Virus record (IMG/VR): IMGVR_UViG_3300017987_000073 | Location: 16,563-80,562 of that record | Length of the DNA stretch: 64,000 nucleotides | Origin: a virus | Reading direction: 5' to 3' (one strand) | Part shown: piece by piece, positions 34,389 to 43,645 of the stretch | Layout of the letters: each line of letters begins with the position of its first letter | Position numbering within the stretch: the first letter of the stretch is position 1 | The notes under the pieces: model-generated | What the model saw: only the letters and a program-made list of their open reading frames with translations | Told to the model about the DNA's origin: nothing | Database searches by the model: none | Translations under genes and position numbers: made by a program

Positions 34389-34753
34389 GGTCGCACCTCC
34401 CCCTCCTCGAACGTGTCCCAGTCGTCGTACATCTCCCCGTCCTCGTCGATCACCGTGACCCACCCGTCGCAAGCGTAGGCGGCCGCTTCCTGGGCCAGCC
34501 ACTCGGGACAACGGATCCGGTACCCGCGCTTCTCCACGCTCCAACTGATCACCAGCCCCTTACCCTTCAGATCCTCCATCACCTCGAACAAACGCTCGAC
34601 GGTGACGCCGACCCGTCCGGCGATCTCCCCCCAGTCGGCCGGTCGATCGGTGTAGGTCCAGGTGTCCAGCGAGCCGAAGACCGCCTTCTCCTCGAAGGTC
34701 AACCGCTCGCTGGCCATCACCTCCAGCGGCGTCAAGAATAACGGGAAATTCAT
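34385..34753 (-). CDS. winged-HTH protein
   Basis: LTFEEKAVF, EIAGRVGVTVERLFEVMEDLKGKGLV. Confidence 0.7.
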   Translation of the reverse strand: MNFPLFLTPLEVMASERLTFEEKAVFGSLDTWTYTDRPADWGEIAGRVGVTVERLFEVMEDLKGKGLVISWSVEKRGYRIRCPEWLAQEAAAYACDGWVTVIDEDGEMYDDWDTFEEGEVRP

Positions 34754-34784
34754 CGGACCCTCCTCCGCGAAAGTTTGACGAGGT

Positions 34785-34814
34785 GTTGTACCGCGTCCCC
34801 TGTTCAGTTGTTAA
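34785..34814 (-). promoter_or_regulatory. putative promoter of the replication operon
   Basis: TTAACA-N18-TACAAC on the minus strand in an AT-richer gap. Confidence 0.4.
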
Positions 34815-35140
34815 CGCGATGTTCGCGGGGCGTGATCCGAGCAGAAGCGGAGGGGCCCGCCGAGGACGTCCGAGGTCGAGGCTTCCGAGCAACCGGCGAC
34901 GCCGCAGAGTCGGATCGCGTGCCGCGGCCGCACCTTGGCGTGGAAGAACCGCCCCTTGCTCTCGCTCGCGACCAGGGCGTGGAACAGGTCCCGAGCTCCG
35001 GGGTAACGGTAGGCGGGTCCGGCCTTGAACCAGACGATCAGGTCCTCCCCTATCACCCCGGCCGCGGCCAGGTTCGAGCTCTCGACCTCGGCGAACTCCT
35101 CCACGAGCTCGCGGTCGGTGTCCAGGTACTTGGCGTTCAC
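34811..35140 (-). CDS. KTSC domain protein
   Basis: VESSNL, L.V.FK.G..YRY, ASESKGRFF; GTG 35140. Confidence 0.85.
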   Translation of the reverse strand: MNAKYLDTDRELVEEFAEVESSNLAAAGVIGEDLIVWFKAGPAYRYPGARDLFHALVASESKGRFFHAKVRPRHAIRLCGVAGCSEASTSDVLGGPLRFCSDHAPRTSR

Positions 35141-35559
35141 GGTTTCACCTCCTCCTCTTTGGCGTCCAGCAGGCGGGCCTCCCGAACGTGTTTCTTGGCC
35201 TCCTCGATCACCGCCGCTCGAGCCGCGTCCGCCAGCCCGAACAGGACGTTCGCTCGCTCCCACGCCTGAAGGTTGTGGAACCTCCTTCGATCCCGCGCGA
35301 GAACCTCCGCGTCCGACCCGAAGACCGGCGTCCGGACGAGGTTAAAGATCCGCTCGACGACGTGCGGAGCCGCCGCCCCACCCTCCAGGAGCTCGGCGAC
35401 GAACTCCTCGACCCGTCCGAGGTCGTACTTCTCCTCCTCAATGGCGTACAGCGGGCGATCGGGGTCGAACCCGGGGCAGATCGACACCCCGTCGATCTCG
35501 ATCGAACCGTCCTCTCGTCGCCAGCCGCTCAACTCGAAGTGCGCGTTCGCCTTCTTCAT
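35137..35559 (-). CDS. hypothetical protein
   Basis: ATG 35559 with ATGA coupling and GGAGG RBS. Confidence 0.65.
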   Translation of the reverse strand: MKKANAHFELSGWRREDGSIEIDGVSICPGFDPDRPLYAIEEEKYDLGRVEEFVAELLEGGAAAPHVVERIFNLVRTPVFGSDAEVLARDRRRFHNLQAWERANVLFGLADAARAAVIEEAKKHVREARLLDAKEEEVKP

Positions 35560-35828
35560 CGTCGACCTCCCCCCAGCGGATCGAAGTGCCACTGAGCCGC
35601 CGTCGAGCAGCACCTCGCGATCCGCTCCGGCGTGAATCCGTTTCGCTTCAGAAGCTCCACGGCCAGGTCGATCAGAACCACCGCCGCGGTCACCTTGTCC
35701 AACCTCGCTCGGCTCGCGTTGACCAGCACGTGGCGCTGGAAGACGTCGGCGACGTCCTCGTCCACCGTGGGACCCTCGCCCGGTACGAAGAACCGGGGCG
35801 CGTGCCCCGGGAGCACGATCTTACCCAT
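35556..35828 (-). CDS. hypothetical protein
   Basis: GGAGG RBS; overlaps the helicase stop. Confidence 0.6.
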   Translation of the reverse strand: MGKIVLPGHAPRFFVPGEGPTVDEDVADVFQRHVLVNASRARLDKVTAAVVLIDLAVELLKRNGFTPERIARCCSTAAQWHFDPLGGGRR

Positions 35829-37452
35829 TCAAAACCTCCCTCTCGAGCTCTCGCACGAGCTCGGGCGTCAGGGGTTCGCGCGACTCCGGCGTCTCCGAGT
35901 ACCACACCCGGTGGGGCGCCCTCACCGCTCGGAAGACCTCCCGCAGGTGGCCCTTTAAACCTCGGACTTTCTTATCCCAAAAGTAAAAGTAGGTCGCGTC
36001 CCCCTTCGTCGGGTGCTTCCGCTTGAAACGCCCGAGCTGCTGCGTCAAGCGCCCGGGGTTGCTCGCCGTCGGCGTGCACCCGAATCCGCGGGCCAGACGC
36101 CCGATGTCCATCCCCTCGTCCCCGACCGTGGTCCCCACCGCGACCAGGAGCGACCCGTCCCCGAGGCGCTCCGCCGTCCGGTCCTGCTCCTTGGAGTTCT
36201 TGCCCGCCATCAGACGACCGCAGTCCACCTTCCGGCGCTTCAGCCACGCCTGGAGCTCCAGGCAGAACTCCCGGCGGTCCGCCAGGAGGAGACACGTCCG
36301 CCCCGAGTGGATCTCCGGGAGGAGGTACTCCAGGATCCGCGCCTGGCGCCCCCGGTCCCGGGACATCTCGTCGAGCATCTCCCCGTGGGTGTTCAGCGGG
36401 CCGTCGAAGAGCGTTTTCCCGGCCCACCGCTTGACCGCGGCGACCGCCGACTCCCGCTCCCTCCGGTCGAAGCCCTCCCGCTCGAGAAACCCCTCCAGGT
36501 TCAGGTCGAACTCGAAGTCCGTCGGGACCACCACCACGTCCACCGGGATGATCCGACCGTAACGGTCGAGGTCCTCGTCCCGGATCTGGAACAGGACCCT
36601 CGGCCCGACCGTCCGCCCCTCGCCCCGCTTCTTCCGGGTGTACTCCGACCCGAAGGAGTCGAAGAAGAGGACCTCCTTCCCGTCCTTCCGCTTCGGGGTC
36701 GCGGTCGCCGCGATCCTCCACCTCGCCGGAAACGAGTTCACGAGCTCGGCGAAGGTCGTCGCCGGCGCGTGGTGCGCCTCATCCAGGACCAGACACCCCC
36801 ACCGCCTCGCGAAGCTCGGGTCCCTCCGAACCAGGTTCAGCACCGTCTTGACCATCCCGATCGTCAGGTTCCGCTCCCGCTTCGCCTTCCCGTACAGAAC
36901 CCCGATCTCACTCTCCTCGACGAAGAACCGCTCCGCCGCCTTCTGGAGCCACCCCTTCAGGATCCGCTCCGTGTGCACGAGCACGAGGGCGCGTTCGCCG
37001 GCGTCGCTGATTAACTTCAGGAGGATCTCCGTCTTCCCGCTCGCGCAGGGCCCGAGGATCACCCCCTGGCGCCGGAGGAGCGCCTGCCGCGCCGCGCTCA
37101 ACTGGTCGGCCCCGAGGTTCCACTCGCTCGGCTCGGCGTAGGTGACCCCGAGCGGTCCGGTCCCGCGGACCGTTCGGTCGTCCACCGCCGGCTCCGCACC
37201 GTTCCTCCGGAGGATCTCGACGAACCGGTCCCACCCTCCGCGGGGAAGGAGGAGCTCCTCCGGGGTCACCTCGACCAGTCCGATCGTCCGCGGCGTGTCT
37301 CCGGTGTAGAACCCGAGGCGTTTCTTCTTCCAGAAGTCCGGGTTGTCGTACTCGAAGGCGTCGCGGAACTCGCGGATCTTGAACCCCTTGTCCAGGAGTT
37401 CCTCTTTAGATAATCGTAACTTGGCGTCTATCGTGACGTTGATTCGTTGCAT
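35821..37452 (-). CDS. superfamily 2 DNA helicase (DEAH; ResIII/UvsW-like)
   Basis: GPCASGKT, LDEAHH, ATATPKRKDG, EGMDI, QQLGRFKR. Confidence 0.93.
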   Translation of the reverse strand: MQRINVTIDAKLRLSKEELLDKGFKIREFRDAFEYDNPDFWKKKRLGFYTGDTPRTIGLVEVTPEELLLPRGGWDRFVEILRRNGAEPAVDDRTVRGTGPLGVTYAEPSEWNLGADQLSAARQALLRRQGVILGPCASGKTEILLKLISDAGERALVLVHTERILKGWLQKAAERFFVEESEIGVLYGKAKRERNLTIGMVKTVLNLVRRDPSFARRWGCLVLDEAHHAPATTFAELVNSFPARWRIAATATPKRKDGKEVLFFDSFGSEYTRKKRGEGRTVGPRVLFQIRDEDLDRYGRIIPVDVVVVPTDFEFDLNLEGFLEREGFDRRERESAVAAVKRWAGKTLFDGPLNTHGEMLDEMSRDRGRQARILEYLLPEIHSGRTCLLLADRREFCLELQAWLKRRKVDCGRLMAGKNSKEQDRTAERLGDGSLLVAVGTTVGDEGMDIGRLARGFGCTPTASNPGRLTQQLGRFKRKHPTKGDATYFYFWDKKVRGLKGHLREVFRAVRAPHRVWYSETPESREPLTPELVRELEREVLNG

Positions 37453-37574
37453 AACCCGTTATAACCGAGCGATGTGAATGGTCCGTTTACAGGGGAGGTT
37501 TTCAAAAAGTCGAGGGGGGAACGTTGAAAAGTTCGGGGACCCCGACCCGCGGCGACGATCCGGACCGGGGCCCC

Positions 37575-38015
37575 CTAGTGGGCCATCTTTTGAACTTGCT
37601 CCAAAGAATCCGCAGGTTTTCTCAACTTCGGACGCGCGACGCGCTTCTCGACCGCGGCGAGCGGCTTCCGCTTGGTGAGTTCGGCGAGGTCCTTCTCCGG
37701 GATCGGGGCTTGCCGGCGGGGACTCCGCGCTAACTTCACCAGGAGCCCCACGAGCTCCCGGCGGTCGTTCGCCGCCTCCCTCCGGATCTCCGCGAGCTCG
37801 CGCCGAGCGGCCTCGAGCTCCGCCTTGTTGGCCCTCACCCACTCCTGGAGGCGGACGATCTGGTCGGCCTTCTCGCGATTCACCGCCGCGACCGTCGTGG
37901 TCTCCGCCTGGTACTGACTCCGCACCGCCGAGTAGGCCCCCGGCAGCGCCACGATCGCGTAGGCGATCACCTTCCCGATCGCGCGCCGGCGGCGCGTCCT
38001 CGCGTCCTCGCTCAT
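37575..38015 (-). CDS. membrane-anchored coiled-coil protein (lysis cassette)
   Basis: Basic N-terminus, one TM helix, coiled coil; GGAGG RBS. Confidence 0.6.
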   Translation of the reverse strand: MSEDARTRRRRAIGKVIAYAIVALPGAYSAVRSQYQAETTTVAAVNREKADQIVRLQEWVRANKAELEAARRELAEIRREAANDRRELVGLLVKLARSPRRQAPIPEKDLAELTKRKPLAAVEKRVARPKLRKPADSLEQVQKMAH

Positions 38016-38028
38016 CTCGACCTCCCGG

Positions 38029-38412
38029 TCACTCGTCGCCGTTGGCCGCCAGCATCTCCGCGGTCACCGCGGGGTGCTCCTGCCCGGTGAGTTTCTTCCG
38101 GGTCACCGTGGATTCGCTGCGGGTCGCCGCGGCGAGCTGAACCACCTTGGTCGAGCTGATCTTCGCCAGCTCGGCGGCGGCCAGGGCCCGCACGTGCGGA
38201 CGGCGACTTCTCAGACCCTCCTGGGCGTGGAGAGCGACCTTCAGTTGACCCTCGTCGATCAGACCTCGATTCAAGAGGAGCTCCCCCAGGATTCGGTCCT
38301 CGCTCATTCGGCTCTGCTCCCGGAGGACGTTACCCAACTCCGACCGCGAGATCGCCTTCATCCGAACGAGGATCGACCCCAGGGAGTGAACCCCCGTGTC
38401 GTCTCTGCTCAT
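38029..38412 (-). CDS. stand-alone MshEN-like (c-di-GMP-binding fold) protein
   Basis: Two tandem motifs, SLGSILVRMKAISRSELGNVLREQ and ILGELLLNRGLIDEGQLKVALHAQ; ATG 38412 overlapping the holin-like stop. Confidence 0.78.
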   Translation of the reverse strand: MSRDDTGVHSLGSILVRMKAISRSELGNVLREQSRMSEDRILGELLLNRGLIDEGQLKVALHAQEGLRSRRPHVRALAAAELAKISSTKVVQLAAATRSESTVTRKKLTGQEHPAVTAEMLAANGDE

Positions 38413-38636
38413 GGTTGCTGACTCCTGCGGATCTCCTTCACGTCCTCCCTGACCTGCTGCAAGGTGGAGTGAACCTGCTCGTCCTTCTTCACCTGGGCGA
38501 CCGCCAACTCGTAGAGCTTGTCCGACAGTGAGACGGAACGCCTCCAGAGCGCGACGACCCCGACGAGCAAGGTCGCGCAGAGCAACCCCCAGGGGGCGCC
38601 GGACTCGAGGAGTCCCTTCAACAGCGAGTGCGTCAT
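38409..38636 (-). CDS. small holin-like membrane protein (BhlA/UviB-like architecture)
   Basis: 75 aa; GAPWGLL TM helix then coiled coil ending VREDVKEIR. Confidence 0.55.
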   Translation of the reverse strand: MTHSLLKGLLESGAPWGLLCATLLVGVVALWRRSVSLSDKLYELAVAQVKKDEQVHSTLQQVREDVKEIRRSQQP

Positions 38637-38713
38637 TCACTTCTCCAGAGCGAGGGGGCGGCGTCACCCTTACAGGGTACCTCAAAAAGTCCACTTTCCA
38701 AGAGGGAGATGAA

Positions 38714-39190
38714 TCAGCGAGCGGCGCTCACGCCGGTGCAGACCCCGCCGGAGATCAACGCCCCGGTGATGAACGCGAGGTACCGGCTCTTGTACCACGG
38801 GGGGGAGGCGCTGGCGCCGTCCAGGGCCTTCTCGTAGATCAGCTTCTGTCGGTCTAGGTCCCGGCGGAGCGCCTCGTACTTCGCCCGCTCAGCGGCGACC
38901 TCGGCGGCGTGGATCGCCGTCAACTTCTCGAGCCGCGCCTTGGTCTTCTCACGCTCGGCCTCGAGCTCGAGCTTGATCTTCCCGACGTCGGACTCGAGCT
39001 CGGTGACCAGCTTCGCCAGGGCGGCGGGGGTGAACAGAACCCCGGTGAAGGGGACCTTCCCCCCCTCCTTCACCTCCGCCCGGCGAACGTCGAGTTTCGG
39101 TGGGTCAGCGCCGAAGGATCTCGTCGACGCGAGCGAGCAGAGCGTCGGGATCGTCAGTGAGATCACGAAACTTCTTAGCAGTCTGTTCAT
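38714..39190 (-). CDS. exported coiled-coil protein with C-terminal TM helix (spanin-like candidate)
   Basis: Signal peptide, G.KVPFTGVL, coiled coil, PWY plus hydrophobic tail; overlaps the upstream gene by 86 nt. Confidence 0.55.
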   Translation of the reverse strand: MNRLLRSFVISLTIPTLCSLASTRSFGADPPKLDVRRAEVKEGGKVPFTGVLFTPAALAKLVTELESDVGKIKLELEAEREKTKARLEKLTAIHAAEVAAERAKYEALRRDLDRQKLIYEKALDGASASPPWYKSRYLAFITGALISGGVCTGVSAAR

Positions 39191-39443
39191 CGAGCTCCTC
39201 CAGTCGCTTCTTCTTACGCTCGGCGATCGCGCGGAGCTCGGCTTCGAGCTCCTTAACCTGTTTCTCCGCGATCGCGCGCGCCTTGGTCTCCGCGTTCTTC
39301 TCCTCGACCAAACGGGTCCGCTCGGAGTCGATCAACCCCGAGCGGTCCACACGCGGTCGGTTTCGGTGGATCAGGTACCAGATCACCCCGACCACCGCTG
39401 CGCCGACGCCGACGCCGATCAAAATCCAACCCCAGGTAGGCAC
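39105..39443 (-). CDS. i-spanin-like membrane protein
   Basis: N-terminal TM helix followed by a charged coiled coil. Confidence 0.5.
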   Translation of the reverse strand: MPTWGWILIGVGVGAAVVGVIWYLIHRNRPRVDRSGLIDSERTRLVEEKNAETKARAIAEKQVKELEAELRAIAERKKKRLEELDEQTAKKFRDLTDDPDALLARVDEILRR

Positions 39444-39446
39444 GAC

Positions 39447-40055
39447 TCACCCCACCTTCGGCTTCGTGGCCTCGGCCGCGGCGACCTTCGCCTCCGCCTC
39501 CGGGATCTTGGCGAGGATCATCCCGCGGAGCTTGGCCTTGATCCGCTCCACTCCCTTCAGTTTGGCGTCGACCTGGTCGACGAACTCCCAGGCCCACTCC
39601 TCCTTCTTGGCCCCGTCGCTCTTCACCCCCTTCTCTCTGAGGTAAGCGGCTCCCTTCTTCTCCGCGTAGGTCGCCGCCTTGTCCGCGATCCCGTCGAGCG
39701 TCTCGAGTTCGACTTTCAGACCCATCTTCCGCAGAAGCCAGAAGACGAGGACCGACAGAACCGGGATCAGAATCGGCACCACCAGCTTGAAGATCACGTC
39801 GTAGAGCAGCGCCTGCCACCAGGTTTGTGTGGGCTCCTGAGCGGCCGCAGGGGCGGTCGCCGGCGCGGTGGTGCTCTCGCCCACGTGAGGCGCCGCGGGC
39901 GTCGTGGCGGGCGCCGACGGCGCCGGAGCGCCCGAATCCACGACCGCCCCGGCCGCGGGTTGGGTAGCGGTTCCCACGTCCGGGGCGGCTAGGATAGGTG
40001 CGGCTAAGCTAAGAGCGGTCACGATAACCAGAATTTGTGCAATTTTACGAGTCAT
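39447..40055 (-). CDS. LL-H-family holin-like membrane protein with N-terminal signal and Ala/Pro linker
   Basis: TM helix, then IADKAATYAEK...GAKKEEWA. Confidence 0.5.
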   Translation of the reverse strand: MTRKIAQILVIVTALSLAAPILAAPDVGTATQPAAGAVVDSGAPAPSAPATTPAAPHVGESTTAPATAPAAAQEPTQTWWQALLYDVIFKLVVPILIPVLSVLVFWLLRKMGLKVELETLDGIADKAATYAEKKGAAYLREKGVKSDGAKKEEWAWEFVDQVDAKLKGVERIKAKLRGMILAKIPEAEAKVAAAEATKPKVG

Positions 40056-40079
40056 TTCACTCTCCTTTTCGAAAGTTGG

Positions 40080-40535
40080 TCACTGCGGGGCGTGTTCCCC
40101 GCAGGTGCTCACGTTCTCGGTGTCCGGGGTGACCGGCGCGAGGGTGGCGGCCGGGCGCGCCGGGCGCGTCGACTCCGGGAGACTCGACGCCGACGGGTCC
40201 GAGGTGGGCGCCGCCCCGGTCGGGATCGACAGCTTCTTCGCGGCGACCTTCTCGATCACCCGCTTCGCCAGGCCCTCGACCCGCTCGACGGGCTTCCCGT
40301 TCTCGATCCGCTCCACCTTCGACTCCTCGAGCGCGACCGGGAGGACCTCCCGCTCGGCGTGGTCGACGGCGTCGAGCAGAGCGGAGACCGAGAGCTTGAC
40401 TCGCCGCGCGCAGGTGGGACACAACGCGTTGTGGATCGACCTCGTGCCCCGCCGACGGAGCTCCCGGAGGTCCTCCAGGGGGATCTCGACCTCGAAGTCG
40501 TGCCCGTCGCAGGGCACCGTGAAGGTTTGAATCAT
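40080..40535 (-). CDS. hypothetical protein
   Basis: GGAGG RBS; CDGH...CPTC. Confidence 0.55.
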   Translation of the reverse strand: MIQTFTVPCDGHDFEVEIPLEDLRELRRRGTRSIHNALCPTCARRVKLSVSALLDAVDHAEREVLPVALEESKVERIENGKPVERVEGLAKRVIEKVAAKKLSIPTGAAPTSDPSASSLPESTRPARPAATLAPVTPDTENVSTCGEHAPQ

Positions 40536-40547
40536 CTCGTCCTCCGA

Positions 40548-43500
40548 TCAGGGGTGCTGCAAGTTGTGGGAGTTCCCGAACCTACCGACCACCGCCTCCT
40601 TGTCCCAGAACTCCCAGTAATCCAGGACCACGTTCTTAGCCGCCGCGGCCTGCGTCTGGAGCCAGATCGACGGCGCCACCATCGCGGGGTCCCCCGCGAG
40701 CGAGGCGTGGAAACCCGACTCGCCCCCGTAGGAGTTGGCGACGTGGTTCTTCTTCTCGATCGTCCAAAACGCCATCGTCCCGGTGATCTCGATCTCGAAC
40801 CACTGGTACTCATCGACCGACAGTCCGCAGATCGGGTCGGTGACGTACCAACTCGAGGGAGGCTCGAGCCACCCGCCGCGCCACGTTCCGATCGGGTCGC
40901 CGGCGTAGTTGAGGACGAAGTACCACCTCCGGTTGCTCCCGCCGCTGTTCTGGTAGAAGCCGTGGACGAGTTGCATGTCGGTGAACGAGGAGACCTTGAC
41001 CCTCGAGCGGTACATCCACCGGAAGTCGTGGTCGCTGTCCACGTTGCAGGGGAGGAGATCCAGCCCCATTTCCGCGACGTCCGAGATCGAGGTCCCCGTG
41101 ATCAGCTCGACGCACCCGTGCCCGAACCCAGCTCCGTCCGTGACGTCCCGAACGTAGGCGCTCCCACCCCCCACGAAGTTGGTGTAGTAGGGTCCGAGGG
41201 AGGTGAAGGGACTCCCCGTCCGCGGGTAGGTCAGGAAGTCGTCCCGGAAGTGGGGACCTCGATCCACCGCGCCGTTGGTCTGGACCGCGAACGTCGGCCA
41301 GGTGTGCTGCGTCGGGATCAACTCCGGGAAGCCGTAATCCACGACCAGGGCGAACGCCGTGTCCCGGTCGGAGAGCAGCCCGCCGGCGTTGTAGATCCGG
41401 AGCCCGTCGCGCGAGTAGTAGTCCTCCTCACCGGTCGCCCCGGTCGCCACCCCGCCGTTGATCAGGACCGACCGCAGGAACTTGATCGGCCAGTCGATCG
41501 GGTCGGCTCCGACCTTGCTCGGGTCGATCACGATCATCTCGCGCGGCTCGTAGTACTGCGACGCCCCCGACTTCGAGTGGTCGTAGACCACGATCTTCCC
41601 GGCCTCGGTCAGGATCCGGAGATCCGCGGCGTTCCGCTGTCCGTCCTGGAGGGTGAGGATCGTCCCCTGCCACCACTCCGCGTTGCCTCCCCCGAACGGC
41701 GCCGAGTTGGCCACCGTGAAGCGCGGCATCAGAACGCTGCACTTGCACGAACCCCCCACGAAAGTCTTCGCGATCCCGTCGAGACGTCGGAGATCGAACG
41801 TGTTCGTCGTGAAGGCGTCGATCACGTACAGCCCCTCGTCCGACTCGTCGTCCGCGTCGAACACCCACACGAGGTGCATCTTCGCGTTCAGACGAAGAGC
41901 GAGCGCCTCCAGATCCACCCCCGAGCGGTTCAGGGTGAGCGTCCAGCTCGACGTCGAGAGGGTGCAGTCCGTCTCCTCGTTCAGGAGGTCCGTCCCGGAG
42001 TTGATCGGCTGGACGCACGCGATCGGGATCGCCGAGACGTCGCCCATCTCGGCCAGCATCATAAACTGGCCGTAGTCGCTCGACCCGTACTTGCTCAGGG
42101 TCAAGAGACTGTTCCTCGGCCCACCGGTCTCCGCCAGGGAGGTAACCCGGATCGTGCCGTGCTTCGTGATCCTCCCGTGGACCTCGTCGCCGGCGTTGCT
42201 CATGAACTCCGCGGCGTCCGAGGAGTTCCGCCCGTAGATCCGGAGCGGCGCCGGAGCACCCTCCACGTTCCCGCCGGTGAGCGTCAGGGCCCGGGTAACC
42301 GCCTTGTGCTGGTCCGCCGCGATCGACTCCCCGCTGGCCATCACCGCCCGGAGGATCGAGACGTTCCCCGTCTCGGAGCTCCCCCAGGGCGTGGTCACCG
42401 CCGATCCGTCCAGGTTCTCGAGAGTCAGGACCGCCGCCGCGATCGAGGTGATCTTGTAGAGTCGGTTCATCCCGCTCGTCGCGAAGTCCCACAGGAGGAC
42501 GAAGTCGGCGTCCTCGTCCACGTTCGCGGTCACCGCGTCCGCTCCCCCGCGGGTCAGGTTCACCGTACCCGCCGCCCCGGTCGTCCCCGGTTCGTCCTCC
42601 TGGAGCACCGTGGAGTGGACGATCGGCGTCAGGTTGCAGAGCGCGACCCCCGTCTGGCGCTCGTTGATCAGGGTCAGCGAGAGCGGAGCGCCCTCGGTCG
42701 CCCCCTTCCGGTCGAGGACCAGGAGGGAATTCATCGAGTCGCCGGAGTCCGAGCTCTGGATCCGCACCGCCCCGCCGTAGGTCGAGCTCGGGGTGATCGT
42801 CCGACCCGAGGTGTAGGCTTCCTGGAGGTCCGGGTTGATCCCGTCGGAGACGTCCACCTGGTCGATCACCGAGTACCCACCGGGGACGTTTCCCGCGCCC
42901 CCGCCGGTCACGATCCCCACGAACGCGTAGGGCGAGGTCGACCGAAGGTCCGTCTTCCGCACCGTCACCCCCTGGGCGTGGACCTGGTAGTCCGCGACGT
43001 CGGTCGACGCCGCCCCGCTCGCCTGCCCCAGGAGCCCCGCCGTCTGGACGTAGTTCTTCGACCCGTCCCACTGAACCAGGAGGTTCCGCTCGATCGCGAC
43101 CGAGTCGTCGATCGTCTTCGCCCGGCGGAGCCAAACCGTCGCCAGCCGCCCGGCGTGCGTCACCCCGGACTCGAAGACCGAGTCCACCTGGATCGTGAGC
43201 TGCCCGCTCGCCTCCGTCACCGCGTCCGGCTCGTCCACCTCGCCGATCGCGTCCACCTCCACGTCGTAGAACATCGCCGACGAGATCCGCGGGTTCCGAA
43301 GAACCCCGTCCGGGACCAGGCAGTGACGCACCGCCACGTAGTAGGGGACCCCGAGCGAGTTCTCGAAGTAAATCGCCGTCCCGTCCGCCCCGTCCAGCGT
43401 CAAGATGTTCCCGTCGCCGTCGAGCCAGTCCTTCGGGAGGTTCGAGACCGTGAATCGGTCCGTTCCCCCGGAGACGATCGAGCACGACCCGAAGCAACCC

Positions 43501-43634
43501 CGTTGACTCCCCCAGACCCGCTGAGAGATCTCCCGGAGCCGGAGCTCGAGGTAGTCGAAGAAGGTGTCCTTTATCCGCTGTTGACCGAGGTTCCGCTTGT
43601 CCTCGAAGTAGGTTCTCTCTTCACCCGTCGACAT
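40548..43634 (-). CDS. large tail fibre/baseplate structural protein
   Basis: 1028 aa, beta-rich, C-terminal FRDDF lectin-like region; follows the wedge gene. Confidence 0.7.
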   Translation of the reverse strand: MSTGEERTYFEDKRNLGQQRIKDTFFDYLELRLREISQRVWGSQRGCFGSCSIVSGGTDRFTVSNLPKDWLDGDGNILTLDGADGTAIYFENSLGVPYYVAVRHCLVPDGVLRNPRISSAMFYDVEVDAIGEVDEPDAVTEASGQLTIQVDSVFESGVTHAGRLATVWLRRAKTIDDSVAIERNLLVQWDGSKNYVQTAGLLGQASGAASTDVADYQVHAQGVTVRKTDLRSTSPYAFVGIVTGGGAGNVPGGYSVIDQVDVSDGINPDLQEAYTSGRTITPSSTYGGAVRIQSSDSGDSMNSLLVLDRKGATEGAPLSLTLINERQTGVALCNLTPIVHSTVLQEDEPGTTGAAGTVNLTRGGADAVTANVDEDADFVLLWDFATSGMNRLYKITSIAAAVLTLENLDGSAVTTPWGSSETGNVSILRAVMASGESIAADQHKAVTRALTLTGGNVEGAPAPLRIYGRNSSDAAEFMSNAGDEVHGRITKHGTIRVTSLAETGGPRNSLLTLSKYGSSDYGQFMMLAEMGDVSAIPIACVQPINSGTDLLNEETDCTLSTSSWTLTLNRSGVDLEALALRLNAKMHLVWVFDADDESDEGLYVIDAFTTNTFDLRRLDGIAKTFVGGSCKCSVLMPRFTVANSAPFGGGNAEWWQGTILTLQDGQRNAADLRILTEAGKIVVYDHSKSGASQYYEPREMIVIDPSKVGADPIDWPIKFLRSVLINGGVATGATGEEDYYSRDGLRIYNAGGLLSDRDTAFALVVDYGFPELIPTQHTWPTFAVQTNGAVDRGPHFRDDFLTYPRTGSPFTSLGPYYTNFVGGGSAYVRDVTDGAGFGHGCVELITGTSISDVAEMGLDLLPCNVDSDHDFRWMYRSRVKVSSFTDMQLVHGFYQNSGGSNRRWYFVLNYAGDPIGTWRGGWLEPPSSWYVTDPICGLSVDEYQWFEIEITGTMAFWTIEKKNHVANSYGGESGFHASLAGDPAMVAPSIWLQTQAAAAKNVVLDYWEFWDKEAVVGRFGNSHNLQHP

Positions 43635-43645
43635 TCAGCCCTCCT

